DNA from: Eledone cirrhosa
Lineage: Eukaryota
Length of the DNA stretch: 64,000 nucleotides
Assembly (NCBI GenBank): GCA_964016885.1
Contig: OZ024741.1
Span: forward strand, 15,314,001-15,378,000
Reading direction: 5' to 3'
The notes below the pieces were generated by a model, which saw nothing but the letters and a program-made list of their open reading frames with translations, did not search any database and was not told where the DNA came from. Position 1 is the first letter of the stretch. Each line of letters opens with the position of its first letter. Positions 13,242 through 27,910 of the stretch are shown in pieces. The position numbers were made by a program, and so were the translations under genes.

Positions 13242-13415
13242 TATCGGTAGAGGGTCGGACGCCATGCTTTCCAGCATAGTTACGTCCCTTTCCGATCTGA
13301 GTTCAAATCCCGCCGAGGTTGACTTTGCCTTTCATCCTTACGGGGTCGATAAAATAAAGTACCAGTAATGCACTGGGTAATTGCTGGCCTTGTGCCTAAA
13401 GTAGAAACAGTTATT
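13242..13415 (+). mobile_element. SINE (Nin/Deu-like family)
   Basis: TCGGTAGAGGGTCGG, GTTCAAATCC, core, GGCCTTGTGCC. Confidence 0.85.
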
Positions 13416-14681
13416 GCTGTGTATCATGTTCAGTTTAATAATACCATTTATGTGAGAAGTTTTGTTAATGTTTAATATTTTATCGGTATTTTTATTTCTT
13501 GTTCGGGTCCAACACAGATGGACATATTCTTGTGATACAGAATTAAGAGATTTCACAATATTCTAATACAGAATTAACAATATTTTTCAGTACTGACACT
13601 ACTCAACGACCTTGTTATGTTCCAGAAACCTAGCGGTAAATGAATTTGTTGTGAAACTAACTCTCTACTTAACTCTTTCTTCACCATATCTCTAATGAAA
13701 AACACCCACTTTGATTTTCAGATAATTATGAAAATAATCAAGGATCTTTAGTAATGGTGACGTTTGAAACAGCCGAAATGCCCTTACAGAGAAATTATAA
13801 TGGAAGGGTTTATAAAGGAATGTTTGAGGACTCTGCCTCAACGACTCTCTCAGGAAGAACTGGGCGAAGAAGACGGTTTTAAAATAAATATAAAAACTTT
13901 ATTAAATCCTTTTCAAGGTAACTCTATTTCGTGTTATTATTTTTACACTCTCGTATTTTAGCTGGCCTTGTACCTATATAAGAAACCATTATTTTTACAC
14001 TCTTTCCTACGTTCCTCTACACCCTATACCTCTCATTCTAGATTTCCTCTTACATCTCTCTCATTACCACCTGATTCTGTTACCCGGAGATTTACCCATC
14101 TGCATTGTTGAGGCTTCCAAAACGAACAATTTTATTATTCCACAATGCTTCAAGCAAACTTCAACACTTTCTTATAAAAACTTTAATATTTAGTTTTGTA
14201 TAACCAGAGAAGTTTTCAAGCAGTTTAGTAACACAAGGTTTAACGGGCGGCTTCTACCCCAAATACTTGGTCATAAAATATAGTTATTATTCTAATGCCA
14301 CCAAACAGGTGATAAAATCTTTAGAGGTATGGAAAGTTATCAACAATCAATTGAATATCATATGAATTATCTGAACAAAAACATAGAGTATAATGGACAC
14401 AGTAAATTTTACAGGTGAACAATAACGGTCGTTAAACGAGATGTTTAAGGAGTGGCTGTTTTTCAATGTGATAAAGTTAACCAGATGAAATATACTTTTG
14501 TATTTAATTTGTTTCTTGGAATCAGGGCGGAATTTGGAAGTGTGTTTACTACATTTACAAACAGAAGTTATACAATGATGAAAATATTAAAACAAAGATA
14601 AAATCAATTAAATAATGAAAAAACAAGAGGGAAAGGTTAAACAAGCGAGGAATTGGCTGTATAAAAAAAAGCATAGGAAAT

Positions 14682-14962
14682 GACTATAAATGCCATAAAT
14701 ATGAAGGAAAGGAGGGAAAGAGCAAGGACTATTAGCAAACGAAAAAAAAGCGGGTGACAGACACTATGCCTAGATCGGGGCGGGGTTACAGCTGTGCCCC
14801 GCGAACAGAACTGTAAAGGCATTTCCGCGAACAATGACGACCGACACCCGTTGCAACAGTTATCCCACCTCGCAAGGCTCCTTCCTCAGACGAGCTGTTG
14901 ACGTTCCGATTTTAACGCAGCTGTTTGGCTGTACGGGGTCCGAGGACGCCTGAGGTCTCAAT
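14682..14962 (-). repeat. Dispersed GC-rich repeat homologous to 63527-63800
   Basis: Shared colinear blocks ACTATAAATGCCATAAAT, CGCGAACA, CATTTCC.CGAACAATG, CTCAGACG, GAGGACGCCTGAG. Confidence 0.75.
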
Positions 14963-15272
14963 ACGGAAAACGCAGATTTTGGATATCATTATCTTTAATT
15001 AGATATGCTATCTCTAGTCAATCTTTTTGAAATTATTTTTGAAAAAATATATATTTACGTCTCACAATTTAGCATCCCTAATTTGGTATTTTCAGCATAA
15101 TATTTATTAGAAAAAGATGGTTATTTAAAAGTATTACTTTCGTCACAGATTTATAAGTTAACAGGGGGAAAATATATTAAATTTATATATCCTTCAATGT
15201 AAATGACTATCTACCGAATAAAGTGAGTGAAGTATATTTGAAATAAAGATATAATTGTGTGCGATAATACAT

Positions 15273-15757
<485 letters not shown>

Positions 15758-15761
15758 GGGG

Positions 15762-15816
<55 letters not shown>

Positions 15817-15877
15817 AGAGCGAGAGAGATTAAGAAGAATCGAAGTCAGTGTTGCAGGATAAGTACAAACATTATAG

Positions 15878-15967
15878 ACATATTACAATCGTTTCAATAT
15901 CGAGCAGTTCAGGGTACAATCATAATGACCTGGGCCCCATTCTTTTTCGACATCTCGTCAGATATGC
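15878..15967 (-). ncRNA. Hammerhead ribozyme with extended stem II (left arm of diverged palindrome)
   Basis: GCATAT-CTGACGA-GAT..about 55 nt..ATT-GAAAC-GATT-GTA|ATATGT. Confidence 0.6.
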
Positions 15968-16020
15968 GAGTTTATATGTGCAAAGACACATCTAAACTGC
16001 GTTTTTGCGCATATAAACTC

Positions 16021-16108
16021 GTATATCTGATGAGATGTCAAAAAATAGTTGGATTCCTTCATCAGATTGTACTCTAAGCTGATCAATATCGAAACAATTG
16101 TAATATAC
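16021..16108 (+). ncRNA. Hammerhead ribozyme with extended stem II (right arm)
   Basis: GTATAT-CTGATGA-GAT..about 50 nt..ATC-GAAAC-AATT-GTA|ATATAC; perfect 6-bp stem I. Confidence 0.7.
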
Positions 16109-16671
16109 CAACTGTAGCTAGGTAGATGCAAACTAGTCTCTGTGAATTACTTTAAGGGTTTATGGGTTTGTGGAATGCTCAGTATTCTACACAGCTAATT
16201 TTAGGAATAGACTGTTCTATTGATGATATAACTGGAACAACATCGAAACCGAGGAAGGTCTAAGTGGCCAAGCTCAAACTTCGAAGTCACAGGCATTGTT
16301 CTACTTATAAAGTTGATTTCTTTTTTCTACCCATCAGAAGTCTATGCTCATTCAGTTAACGTTTGAATGTTTTAAAATCTGACGTATGTAAAGTCACATA
16401 CTTATATCAATCTATTTATCTCTGTGTCACTCTCGCACCTCTATCGTAAATTACAGGTGTCTCAGATACCAGGCAGTGAGGTTGGCGATCATCAGAGCAA
16501 CGTACTTCCCGCTTTCGCCGAAGATTATAGAAGCTGGATTCTTATAGAATTCCAGTAATAATCAGGAGCTGATTATACAGAGCGATTGCCGATCCAGCAA
16601 AAAATAATATATATATATTTATATATATATATATATATAATGGTTTCTGATTTAGGCAAAAGACCAACAAT

Positions 16672-17590
16672 CTATGCTACGAGCTGTCTCGCCTTATTAT
16701 GTTGTTGTCATATTTCTGCAAGTACCCTCTGTACATCTTATGCTATAGACTACGTAGAAACGTAGTCTATAGCATAAGATGTACAGAGGGTACTTTCAGA
16801 AACATGACAATAACATACATAGGCGAGACAGCTCGTAACACAGGAGAAAGATAGATGAAAACTGGAGGGAACTGAAAGGACGAAAAGACGGTTCAGTACT
16901 ATACGAACACGCCAGACAACAAGATGACGGTAACATAGACAACATATAAATTAAAATAATATCTAAACATAGAAATGACCCAGCAGATATGCAAATCAGA
17001 CAGGCAAGCGAAATAGAGCTTAGAAGGCCAAAGCTAAAGAGAAAAAATGAATGGAATAACAACAACATCCAAACAAACAATACTGACTTAAGAGAAATAT
17101 AAATAAATAAATAAATAAATATATACACAAGCACAATAACAACAAACACATATAAGCACACACTAGTAAACTAAGATAGAATACAATAACCGAAACGCAC
17201 CCAAACACGAACACACCAAACACTATACACACGCAAACGCATGCGCAGAGAAGAAGACAAATATAAATATATAAATAAACAGATAAAATAAAAATGCAAC
17301 AGGAGGAACATAATAGTACCACTGATGATGTTGCAGATGTGCAACGAAAGAACTTTGTTAGACTATATATATGTGTTTATATCTATATTATATCTCTATT
17401 TTTTACCGTTGGTCAGTCAATGGTAAACATTGAGGACCGAATGAATTAACTGATATAAAAGATACAGAAGCGAAAACCAACCAAACAGTGAGTGTATTCT
17501 ATTATTAATTCTGGCAATATTATGACCCTCCCCAAGTATAACAATATTTGTTTTGACACACGATTTCATATCAAAAACCTCGCAAAACAA
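16672..17590 (+). mobile_element. 5'-truncated Penelope-like element with inverted 5' end
   Basis: From about 16756 it translates as RNVVYSIRCTEG..YIGETAR, similar to the GIY-YIG domain of ORF 30107, frameshifted; 16672-16755 is an inverted copy; 3' UTR, HHR and tail homologous to 32804-33265. Confidence 0.9.
17317..17360 (+). ncRNA. Minimal hammerhead ribozyme of the truncated PLE
   Basis: TACCA-CTGATGA-T-GTTGCA(gatg)TGCAAC-GAAA-G-AA-CTT|TGTTA; stem II covaries with 33005-33047. Confidence 0.7.
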
Positions 17591-17893
17591 ATATATATAT
17601 ATTGATTTTAGTCCAGAATTAGCCGTCGAAACGGCTTGAGCTCAGCCGTCGGGGTCCTACTCGTTCCTATATATATATATATATATTTAAAAGAATAGAG
17701 GTATAACAGATTAGAGCAAACATCACGGGCCCTCTATCTCAAAATTATTTTTGAAAAGCATTAGAAATGCGCAACCGGTAAAAACTTAAAACCAGAACAG
17801 AATACTAACCAATACTTATTACTAATTTTTACTTATTCCTAATTAAACTATTTTTCACTGGGAACAATTTGTCAGCATTTTCTTTTCCTTTTA

Positions 17894-17957
<64 letters not shown>

Positions 17958-18085
17958 TACACTGATGTTTGTGTCTTTCTCTCTCTCTATATATATATAT
18001 ACATACATCTACATACATACACTGATGTTTGTGTCTTTCTCTCTCTCTATATATATATATATACATACACTAATGTTTGTGTCTT

Positions 18086-18117
<32 letters not shown>

Positions 18118-18449
18118 CATCTACACACATACACAGATGTTTGTGTCTTTCTCTCTATATACATACATCTACATACATACATAGATGTTGTGTCTTTTCT
18201 GTTCAGTAGTAATCATCCGTGACTAATGATATTACGTCTGCTCAGTCATTTGACACACCTGAGTGTCACCTGATGTTCCTCTCCACCCCTACCATTTCCT
18301 CCGCCCCTTCTTCCTTCCACTACTAATTACTCTCCGTGAAATCTTTCACTTGTTTAGTTTACACAACCATATTATCTTTCTCTACCTCCATTAAATATAT
18401 CTTTTCTGAGTCTCTTTCGTCTCGTCGCCCCCCCCTCTCTGTCACTCTC

Positions 18450-18520
<71 letters not shown>

Positions 18521-18565
18521 CAAAATATTAACAAATGAAAGATATTCACATAATCAAAATATATG

Positions 18566-18631
18566 CTTTATTATATATATTTCAAAGGTAGTGTGTTTTT
18601 TTTTTTTTCAGTACGTCTTCATCAGATCAAA
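18566..18631 (-). ncRNA. Degenerate hammerhead ribozyme (same family as 36748-36806)
   Basis: TTTGAT-CTGATGA-AGACGTACTG..TACCTTT-GAAATATATA..ATAAAG. Confidence 0.45.
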
Positions 18632-18737
18632 TATATGATTTGATATATGATATACCGCTACGGTCTTGATTATACAATTCCAGTATATATATATATATAT
18701 CTATATATATATATCTATATATATATATATATATATA

Positions 18738-19263
<526 letters not shown>

Positions 19264-19944
19264 ATATATATATATATATTCCAAAGCTAGAGGACAATGC
19301 CAAGTAGTGCATTACTTATGGTCACCTTCAGTATGAAAAGCAAATAGTTAAGTGGTGGTAGCAGTTTTGTAATATTATCCGGTCCCAGATAAAGCATGTT
19401 CCAGCAGATGTATTATCATATCTGTTCCAACTGACGCTACCATCCTACTTTAGACTTTCTTTAAACCTGTGGAATGATATTTGAGGAAGATTTGGTTGTT
19501 GTTTCTTGCATCTAGAACAACCATGTAGAGTATTTCTGAAAGAGGGATTGTAATTGAAAATGTTGGCGTTAATAGTGATGTTAGAGGTGGTGATGGTGGT
19601 GGTGGTTGTAGTAGTGGTGAGAGTGTGGTTGTAGTAGTGGTTGTGATGGTGGTGGTGGTTGTAGTAGTGGTGGTGATGGTGGTGGTGGTTGTAGTAGTGG
19701 TGAGAGTGTGGTTGTAGTAGTGGTCATGGGGGTGGTGGTGGTTGTAGTAGTGGTGAGAGTGTGGTTGTAGTAGTTGTGGTGATGGTGGTGGTGGTTGTAG
19801 TAGTGGTGGTGATGTTGGTGCTAGTGCATGCGGTTGTAGTAGTGGTGGTAGTTTTGATGTTGTTGATGGTGGTTTGTTGTAAGTGGTATCTGTGTGGTTA
19901 TAGAGGTAGTGATTGTTATGTTAGTGTTGGCATTGATGGTATTG

Positions 19945-22900
19945 GTGGTAGTTTTAATGTTGGTTAACTGACGTCAGTGGTAGTGGTGGTAGTAGTCGTA
20001 TTGGTGGTAGTGTTAATGTTGGTTGACTCACGTCAGTGGTAGTGGTGGTAGTGGTGGTATTGGTGGTAGTGTTAATGTTGGTTGTCTGACGTCAGTGGTA
20101 GTGGTGGTAGTGGTGGTATTGGTGGTAGTGTTAATGTTGGTTGTCTGACGTCAGTGGTAGTGGTGGTAGTAGTGGTATTGGTGGTAGTGTTAATGTTGGT
20201 TAACTGACGTCAGTGGTAGTGGTGGTAGTAGTCGTATTGGTGGTAGTGTTAATGTTGGTTGACTCACGTCAGTGGTAGTGGTGGTAGTGGTGGTATTGGT
20301 GGTAGTGTTAATGTTGGTTGTCTGACGTCAGTGGTAGTGGTGGTAGTGGTGGTATTGGTGGTAGTGTTAATGTTGGTTGTCTGACGTCAGTGGTAGTGGT
20401 GGTAGTAGTGGTATTGGTGATAGTGTTAATGTTGGTTGTCTGACGTCAGTGGTAGTGGTGGTAGTGGTGGTAGTAGTGGTATTGGTGGTAGTGTTAATGT
20501 TGGTTGACTGACGTCAGTGGTAGTGGTGGTAGTAGTGGTATTAGTGGTAGTGTTAATGTTGGTTAACTGACGTCAGTGGTAGTGGTGGTAGTGGTGGTAT
20601 TGGTGGTAGTGTTAATGTTGGTTGTCTGACGTCAGTGGTAGTGGTGGTAGTGGTGGTATTGGTGGTAGTGTTAATGTTGGTTGACTGACGTCAGTGGTAG
20701 TGGTGGTAGTAGTCGTATTGGTGGTAGTGTTAATGTTGGTTGACTCACGTCAGTGGTAGTGGTGGTAGTGGTGGTATTGGTGGTAGTGTTAATGTTGGTT
20801 GTCTGACGTCAGTGGTAGTGGTGGTAGTGGTGGTATTGGTGGTAGTGTTAATGTTGGTTGTCTGACGTCAGTGGTAGTGGTGGTAGTGGTGGTAGTAGTG
20901 GTATTGGTGGTAGTGTTAATGTTGGTTGACTGACGTCAGTGGTAGTGGTGGTATTGGTGGTAGTGTTAATGTTGGTTGTCTGACGTCAGTGGTAGTGGTG
21001 GTAGTAGTGGTATTGGTGGTAGTGTTAATGTTGGTTGACTGACGTCAGTGGTAGTGGTGGTAGTGGTGGTATTGGTGGTAGTGTTAATGCTGGTTGTCTG
21101 ACGTCAGTGGTAGTGGTGGTAGTGGTGGTATTGGTGGTAGTGTTAATGTTGGTTGTCTGACGTCAGTGGTAGTGGTGGTAGTAGTGGTATTGGTGGTAGT
21201 GTTAATGTTGGTTGTCTGACGTCAGTGGTAGTGGTGGTATTGGTGGTAGTGTTAATGTTGGTTGTCTGACGTCAGTGGTAGTGGTGGTAGTGGTGGTATT
21301 GGTGGTAGTGTTAATGTTGGTTGTCTGACGTCAGTGGTAGTGGTGGTAGTAGTGGTATTGGTGGTAGTGTTAATGTTGGTTGACTGACGTCAGTGGTAGT
21401 GGTGGTAGTGGTGGTATTGGTGGTAGTGTTAATGTTGGTTGTCTGACGTCAGTGGTAGTGGTGGTAGTGGTGGTATTGGTGGTAGTGTTAATGTTGGTTG
21501 TCTGACGTCAGTGGTAGTGGTGGTAGTAGTGGTATTGGTGGTAGTGTTAATGTTGGTGGTATTGGTGGTAGTGTTAATGTTGGTTGTCTGACGTCAGTGG
21601 TAGTGGTGGTAGTGGTGGTAGTAGTGGTATTGGTGGTAGTGTTAATGTTGGTTGACTGACGTCAGTGGTAGTGGTGGTAGTGGTGGTATTGGTGGTAGTG
21701 TTAATGTTGGTTGACTGACGTCAGTGGTAGTGGTGGTAGTGGTGGTATTGGTGGTAGTGTTAATGTTGGTTGTCTGACGTCAGTGGTAGTGGTGGTAGTG
21801 GTGGTAGTAGTGGTATTGGTGGTAGTGTTAATGTTGGTTGTCTGACGTCAGTGGTAGTGGTGGTAGTGGTGGTATTGGTGGTAGTGTTAATGTTGGTTGA
21901 CTGACGTCAGTGGTAGTGGTGGTAGTGGTGGTATTGGTGGTAGTGTTAATGTTGGTTGACTGACGTCAGTGGTAGTGGTGGTAGTGGTGGTATTGGAGGT
22001 AGTGTTAATGTTGGTTGACTGACGTCAGTGGTAGTGGTGGTAGTGGTGGTATTGGTGGTAGTGTTAATGTTGGTTGACTGACGTCAGTGGTAGTGGTGGT
22101 AGTGGTGGTATTGGTGGTAGTGTTAATGTTGGTTGTCTGACGTCAGTGGTAGTGGTGGTAGTGGTGGTATTGGTGGTAGTGTTAATGTTGGTTGTCTGAC
22201 GTCAGTGGTAGTGGTGGTAGTAGTGGTATTGGTGGTAGTGTTAATGTTGGTTGTCTGACGTCAGTGGTAGTGGTGGTAGTGGTGGTATTGGTGGTAGTGT
22301 TAATGTTGGTTGTCTGACGTCAGTGGTAGTGGTGGTAGTGGTGGTATTGGTGGTAGTGTTAATGTTGGTTGTCTGACGTCAGTGGTAGTGGTGGTAGTGG
22401 TGGTAGTGTTAATGTTGGTTGACTGACGTCAGTGGTAGTGGTGGTAGTGGTGGTAGTGTTAATGTTGGTTGACTGACGTCAGTGGTAGTGGTGGTAGTGG
22501 TGGTATTGGTGGTAGTGTTAATGTTGGTTGACTGACGTCAGTGGTAGTGGTGGTAGTGGTGGTATTGGTGGTAGTGTTAATGTTGGTTGTCTGACGTCAG
22601 TGGTAGTGGTGGTAGTGGTGGTAGTGTTAATGTTGGTTGACTGACGTCAGTGGTAGTGGTGGTAGTGGTGGTAGTGTTAATGTTGGTTGTCTGAAGTCAG
22701 TGGTAGTGGTGGTAGTGCTGGTATTGGTGGTAGTGTTAATGTTGGTTGTCTGACGTCAGTGGTAGTGTTGCTAGTGGTGGTATTGGTGGTAGTGTTAATG
22801 TTGGTTGTCTGACGTCAGTGGTAGTGGTGGTAGTGGTGGTATTGGTGGTAGTGTTAATGTTGGTTGACTGACGTCAGTGGTAGTGTTGCTAGTGGTGGTA

Positions 22901-25900
22901 TTGGTGGTAGTGTTAATGTTGGTTGTCTGACGTCAGTGGTAGTGGTGTTAGTGGTGGTATTGGTGGTAGTGTTAATGTTGGTGGTATTGGTGGTAGTGTT
23001 AATGTTGGTGGTATTGGTGGTAGTGTTAATGTTGGTTGACTGACGTCAGTGGTAGTGGTGTTAGTGGTGGTATTGGTGGTAGTGTTAATGTTGGTTGACT
23101 GACGTCAGTGGTAGTGGTGGTAGTGGTGGTATTGGTGGTAGTGTTAATGTTGGTTGTCTGACGTCAGTGGTAGTGGTGGTAGTGGTGGTAGTGTTAATGT
23201 TGGTTGTCTGACGTCAGTGGTAGTGGTGGTAGTGGTGGTAGTGTTAATGTTGGTTGTCTGACGTCAGTGGTAGTGGTGGTAGTGGTGGTATTGGTGGTAG
23301 TGTTAATGTTGGTTGACTGACGTCAGTGGTAGTGTTGCTAGTGGTGGTATTGGTGGTAGTGTTAATGTTGGTTGTCTGACGTCAGTGGTAGTGGTGTTAG
23401 TGGTGGTATTGGTGGTAGTGTTAATGTTGGTGGTATTGGTGGTAGTGTTAATGTTGGTGGTATTGGTGGTAGTGTTAATGTTGGTTGACTGACGTCAGTG
23501 GTAGTGGTGTTAGTGGTGGTATTGGTGGTAGTGTTAATGTTGGTTGACTGACGTCAGTGGTAGTGGTGGTAGTGGTGGTATTGGTGGTAGTGTTAATGTT
23601 GGTTGTCTGACGTCAGTGGTAGTGGTGGTAGTGGTGGTAGTGTTAATGTTGGTTGTCTGACGTCAGTGGTAGTGGTGGTAGTGGTGGTAGTGTTAATGTT
23701 GGTTGTCTGACGTCAGTGGTAGTGGTGGTAGTGGTGGTATTGGTGGTAGTGTTAATGTTGGTTGTCTGACGTCAGTGGTAGTGGTGGTAGTGGTGGTAGT
23801 GTTAATGTTGGTTGTCTGACGTCAGTGGTAGTGGTGGTAGTGGTGGTAGTGTTAATGTTGGTTGTCTGACGTCAGTGGTAGTGGTGGTAGTGGTGGTATT
23901 GGTGGTAGTGTTAATGTTGTTTGTCTGACGTCAGTGGTAGTGGTGGTATTGGTGGTATTGGTGGTAGTGTTAATGGTGTTTGTCTGACGTCAGTGGTAGT
24001 GGTGGTAGTGGTGGTAGTGGTGGTATTGGTGGTAGTGTTAATGTTGTTTGTCTGACGTCAGTGGTAGTGGTGGTAGTGGTGGCATTGGTGGTAGTGTTAA
24101 TGGTGTTTGTCTGACGTCAGTGGTAGTGGTGGTAGTGGTGGTAGTGGTGGTATTGGTGGTAGTGTTAATGTTGTTTGTCTGACGTCAGTGGTAGTGGTGG
24201 TAGTGGTGGTATTGGTGGTAGTGTTAATGGTGTTTGTCTGACGTCAGTGGTAGTGGTGGTAGTGGTGGTAGTGGTGGTATTGGTGGTAGTGTTAATGTTG
24301 GTTGTCTGACGTCAGTGGTAGTGGTGGTAGTGGTGGTATTGGTGGTAGTGTTAATGGTGTTTGTCTGACGTCAGTGGTAGTGGTGGTAGTGGTGGTATTG
24401 GTGGTAGTGTTAATGTTGGTTGTCTGACGTCAGTGGTAGTGGTGGTAGTGGTGGTAGTGTTAATGTTGGTTGACTGACGTCAGTGGTAGTGGTGCTAGTG
24501 GTGGTATTGGTGGTAGTGTTAATGTTGGTTGTCTGACGTCAGTGGTAGTGCTGGTATTGGTGGTAGTGTTAATGTTGGTTGTCTGACGTCAGTGGTAGTG
24601 GTGGTAGTGGTGGTATTGGTGGTAGTGTTAATGTTGGTTGACTGACGTCAGTGGTAGTGGTGGTAGTGGTGGTATTGGTGGTAGTGTTAATGTTGGTTGA
24701 CTGACGTCAGTGGTAGTGGTGGTAGTGGTGGTATTGGTGGTAGTGTTAATGTTGGTTGTCTGACGTCAGTGGTAGTGGTGGTAGTGGTGGTAGTGTTAAT
24801 GTTGGTTGACTGACGTCAGTGGTAGTGGTGCTAGTGGTGGTATTGGTGGTAGTGTTAATGTTGGTTGACTGACGTCAGTGGTAGTGGTGGTAGTGGTGGT
24901 ATTGGTGGTAGTGTTAATGTTGGTTGACTGACGTCAGTGGTAGTGGTGGTAGTGGTGGTATTGGTGGTAGTGTTAATGTTGGTTGTCTGACGTCAGTGGT
25001 AGTGGTGGTAGTGGTGGTTATGGTGTTAGTGTTAATGTTGGTTGACTGACGTCAGTGGTAGTGGTGGTAGTGGTGGTTATGGTGGTAGTGTTAATGTTGG
25101 TTGTCTGACGTCAGTGGTAGTGGTGGAAGTGGTGGTAGTGGTGATAGTGGTGGTAGTGTTAATGTTGGTTGTCTGACGTCAGTGGTAGTGGTGGTAGTGG
25201 TGGTAGTGTTAATGTTGGTTGTCTGATTTCAGTGGTAGTGGTGGTAGTGGTGGTAGTGTTAATGTTGGTTGACTGACGTCAGTGGTAGTGGTGGTAGTGG
25301 TGGTAGTGGTGGTAGTGTTAATGTTGGTTGTCTGATTTCAGTGGTAGTGGTGGTAGTGGTGGTAGTGTTAATGTTCGTTGACTGACGTCAGTGGTAGTGG
25401 TGGTAGTGGTGGTAGTGGTGGTAGTGTTAATGTTGGTTGTCTGATTTCAGTGGTAGTGGTGGTAGTGGTGGTAGTGTTAATGTTGGTTGTCTGACGTCAG
25501 TGGTAGTGGTGGTAGTGGTGGTATTGTTGGTAGTGTTAATGTTGGTTGTCTGACGTCAGTGGTAGTGGTGGAAGTGGTGGTAGTGGTGATAGTGGTGGTA
25601 GTGTTAATGTTGGTTGTCTAACGTCAGTGGTAGTGGTGGTAGTGTTGGTAGTGGTGGTAGTGGTGGTAGTGTTAATGTTGGTTGTCTGATTTCAGTGGTA
25701 GTGGTGGTAGTGGTGGTAGTGTTAATGTTGGTTGACTGACGTCAGTGGTAGTGGTGGTAGTGGTGGTAGTGGTGGTAGTGGTGGTAGTGTTAATGTTGGT
25801 TGTCTGATTTCAGTGGTAGTGGTGGTAGTGGTGGTAGTGTTAATATTGGTTGTCTGACGTCAGTGGTAGTGGTGGTAGTGGTGGTAGTGGTGGTAGTGGT

Positions 25901-26130
25901 GGTAGTGGTGGTGGTGTTAATGTTGGTTGTCTGACGTCAGTGGTAGTGGTGGTAGTGGTGGTAGTGGTGGTAGTGGTGGTAGTGTTAATGTTGGTTGTCT
26001 GATTTCAGTGGTAGTGGTGGTAGTGGTGGTAGTGTTAATGTTGGTTGACTGACGTCAGTGGTAGTGGTGGTAGTGGTGGTAGTGGTGGTAGTGTTAATGT
26101 TGGTTGTCTGATTTCAGTGGTAGTGGTGGT
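19945..26130. repeat. 59-bp minisatellite (about 105 copies; 50/59/68-bp variants) containing CTGACGTCAG
   Basis: Unit CTGACGTCAGTGGTAGTGGTGGTAGTGGTGGTATTGGTGGTAGTGTTAATGTTGGTTGW; length varies in 9-bp steps. Confidence 0.95.
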
Positions 26131-27844
26131 TGTCTAGAGTTAGTGGTGTTGGTGCATGTGGTCGTAGCCGTGTTGATGGTTTCTATGCAGTTGTTGTTGT
26201 TGGCGGTGTGGTGATAGTGGTGTTGGTGGTGTTGGTGGTGGTGGTCAGAGTTGGTGATAGCGGTAATGTTGGAGATGTGAGTGGTATGGAGAGTTAGCGA
26301 TGGCATTGGAGTGGACGGTAGTGGTAGTGGTGGTGGTGGTGGTGGTGGTGTTGATAGGCCCAGTGGTGTGGGTGGCGTGGAGGATGAGGCTGGCAGTTTG
26401 ATGATTATGAGCGTATGCGGGTAAAACTATTACGTCTGTAGGGATGTCGGGGGTGGTGTTTGTGTTTGTGATGGTGATGATGGTGATACTGACGGTGGTG
26501 ATGGTGCTGATGGTGGTAGTGATGACTGTGATGGTGATGGTGTTGATAGTGGTTGTGCTAGAGGTTGTATTGGTGACTGTGTTGATGGTGGTTGTGGTGG
26601 TGACTGTGTTGATGGTAGTTGTTGTGATGGTTGTGGTGGTGGTGGTGACTGTGTTGATGGTTGTGGTGGTGGTGACTGTGTTGATGGTAGTTGTTGTGAT
26701 GGTTGTGGTGGTGGTGGTGACTGTGTTGATGGTTGTGGTGGTGGTGACTGTGTTGATGGTAGTTGTTGTGATGGTTGTGGTGGTGGAGATGACTGTGTTG
26801 ATGGTGGTTGTGGTGGTGACTGTATTGATGGTAGTTGTTGTGATGGTTGTGGTGGTGGTGGTGACTGTGTTGATGGTTGTTTTGGTGATGGTGGTGGTGA
26901 TGATGGTGGCGATGATGGTGATGGTGGTGGTGATGGTGATAGTGTTGATGGTGATTGTGGTAGTAATGGTAATGATGGTTGTGCTGGTGACGGAGGAAAA
27001 CAAAAGAAAATATAAACCACACTAGAGATGTGACAAGGCAACAATGGAGTGACCCAGGGAAATATTTTGACATGTAATTAACTCATGTTGGTAACCCTTA
27101 TTAAACTTTGACTCTGCCATCTTTCACGAAAAGAACACTTAAAGACCCACGGATTCAACACTAACCATCCAGCCTCTCATCCCACCATCCAGCCTCCCAT
27201 CCCACCATCCCGCCGACCAGCCAATCATCTAGCCTCCCATCCTACAACCAGCCAGCCAGCCAACCAGTAACCAGCCAAACAACCAACCTGCCGACCTACC
27301 AACCATCCAGCCAACCACCTGCCATCAACCAAGAAGGCAGCCAGCCACAAACATCCCACCAGTTAAATATCCAGCCAACCAACCATCCGACAAGTATCCA
27401 ACTACCAGCCAATAAATCTATTGCCAGCCAGCCACCGGCCAACCATCAATCTATACCATCCAGTCATCAGCCTTGAAACAACTAATCAACCAACAAGCTA
27501 GTACACCATCCAACCACCCAACCAGCCAGTCAACCATCCAACCATCCAACCATCCAAACAGTCAGTACACCATCCAACCATCCAACCAGCCAGTCAACCA
27601 TGGTAGTGGTGATGGCAGTGGTGGTGGTGGAGTGGTGGTGGTGGTAGTGATGATGATAGTGGTGGTGGTGTGGTGGTGGTCGTGGTGGTATGGTGGTGGT
27701 GCTGGTGGTGGGATGGTGGTGGTGCTGGTGGTGGTAGTAGTAGTAGTAGTGGTGGTGGTGGTGGTAGTAGTAATAGTGGTGGTGGTGGTGGTGGTGGTAG
27801 TAGTAGTAGTAGTGGTGATGGTGGTGGTAGTAGTAGTGGTGATG

Positions 27845-27896
<52 letters not shown>

Positions 27897-27910
27897 CGGT
27901 AGTAGTTGAC
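26131..27910. repeat. Low-complexity (GGT/GAT/AGT)n and (CCAN)n tracts
   Basis: Poly-V/T/H pseudo-ORFs in all frames. Confidence 0.85.

Noticed and set aside
13430-14640. Possible degenerate retroelement coding region
   Set aside because: No identifiable motif in the frames examined
26245-27073. Poly-Thr/Val/His mucin-like ORFs
   Set aside because: Trinucleotide-based low complexity, open in all frames, no signal features
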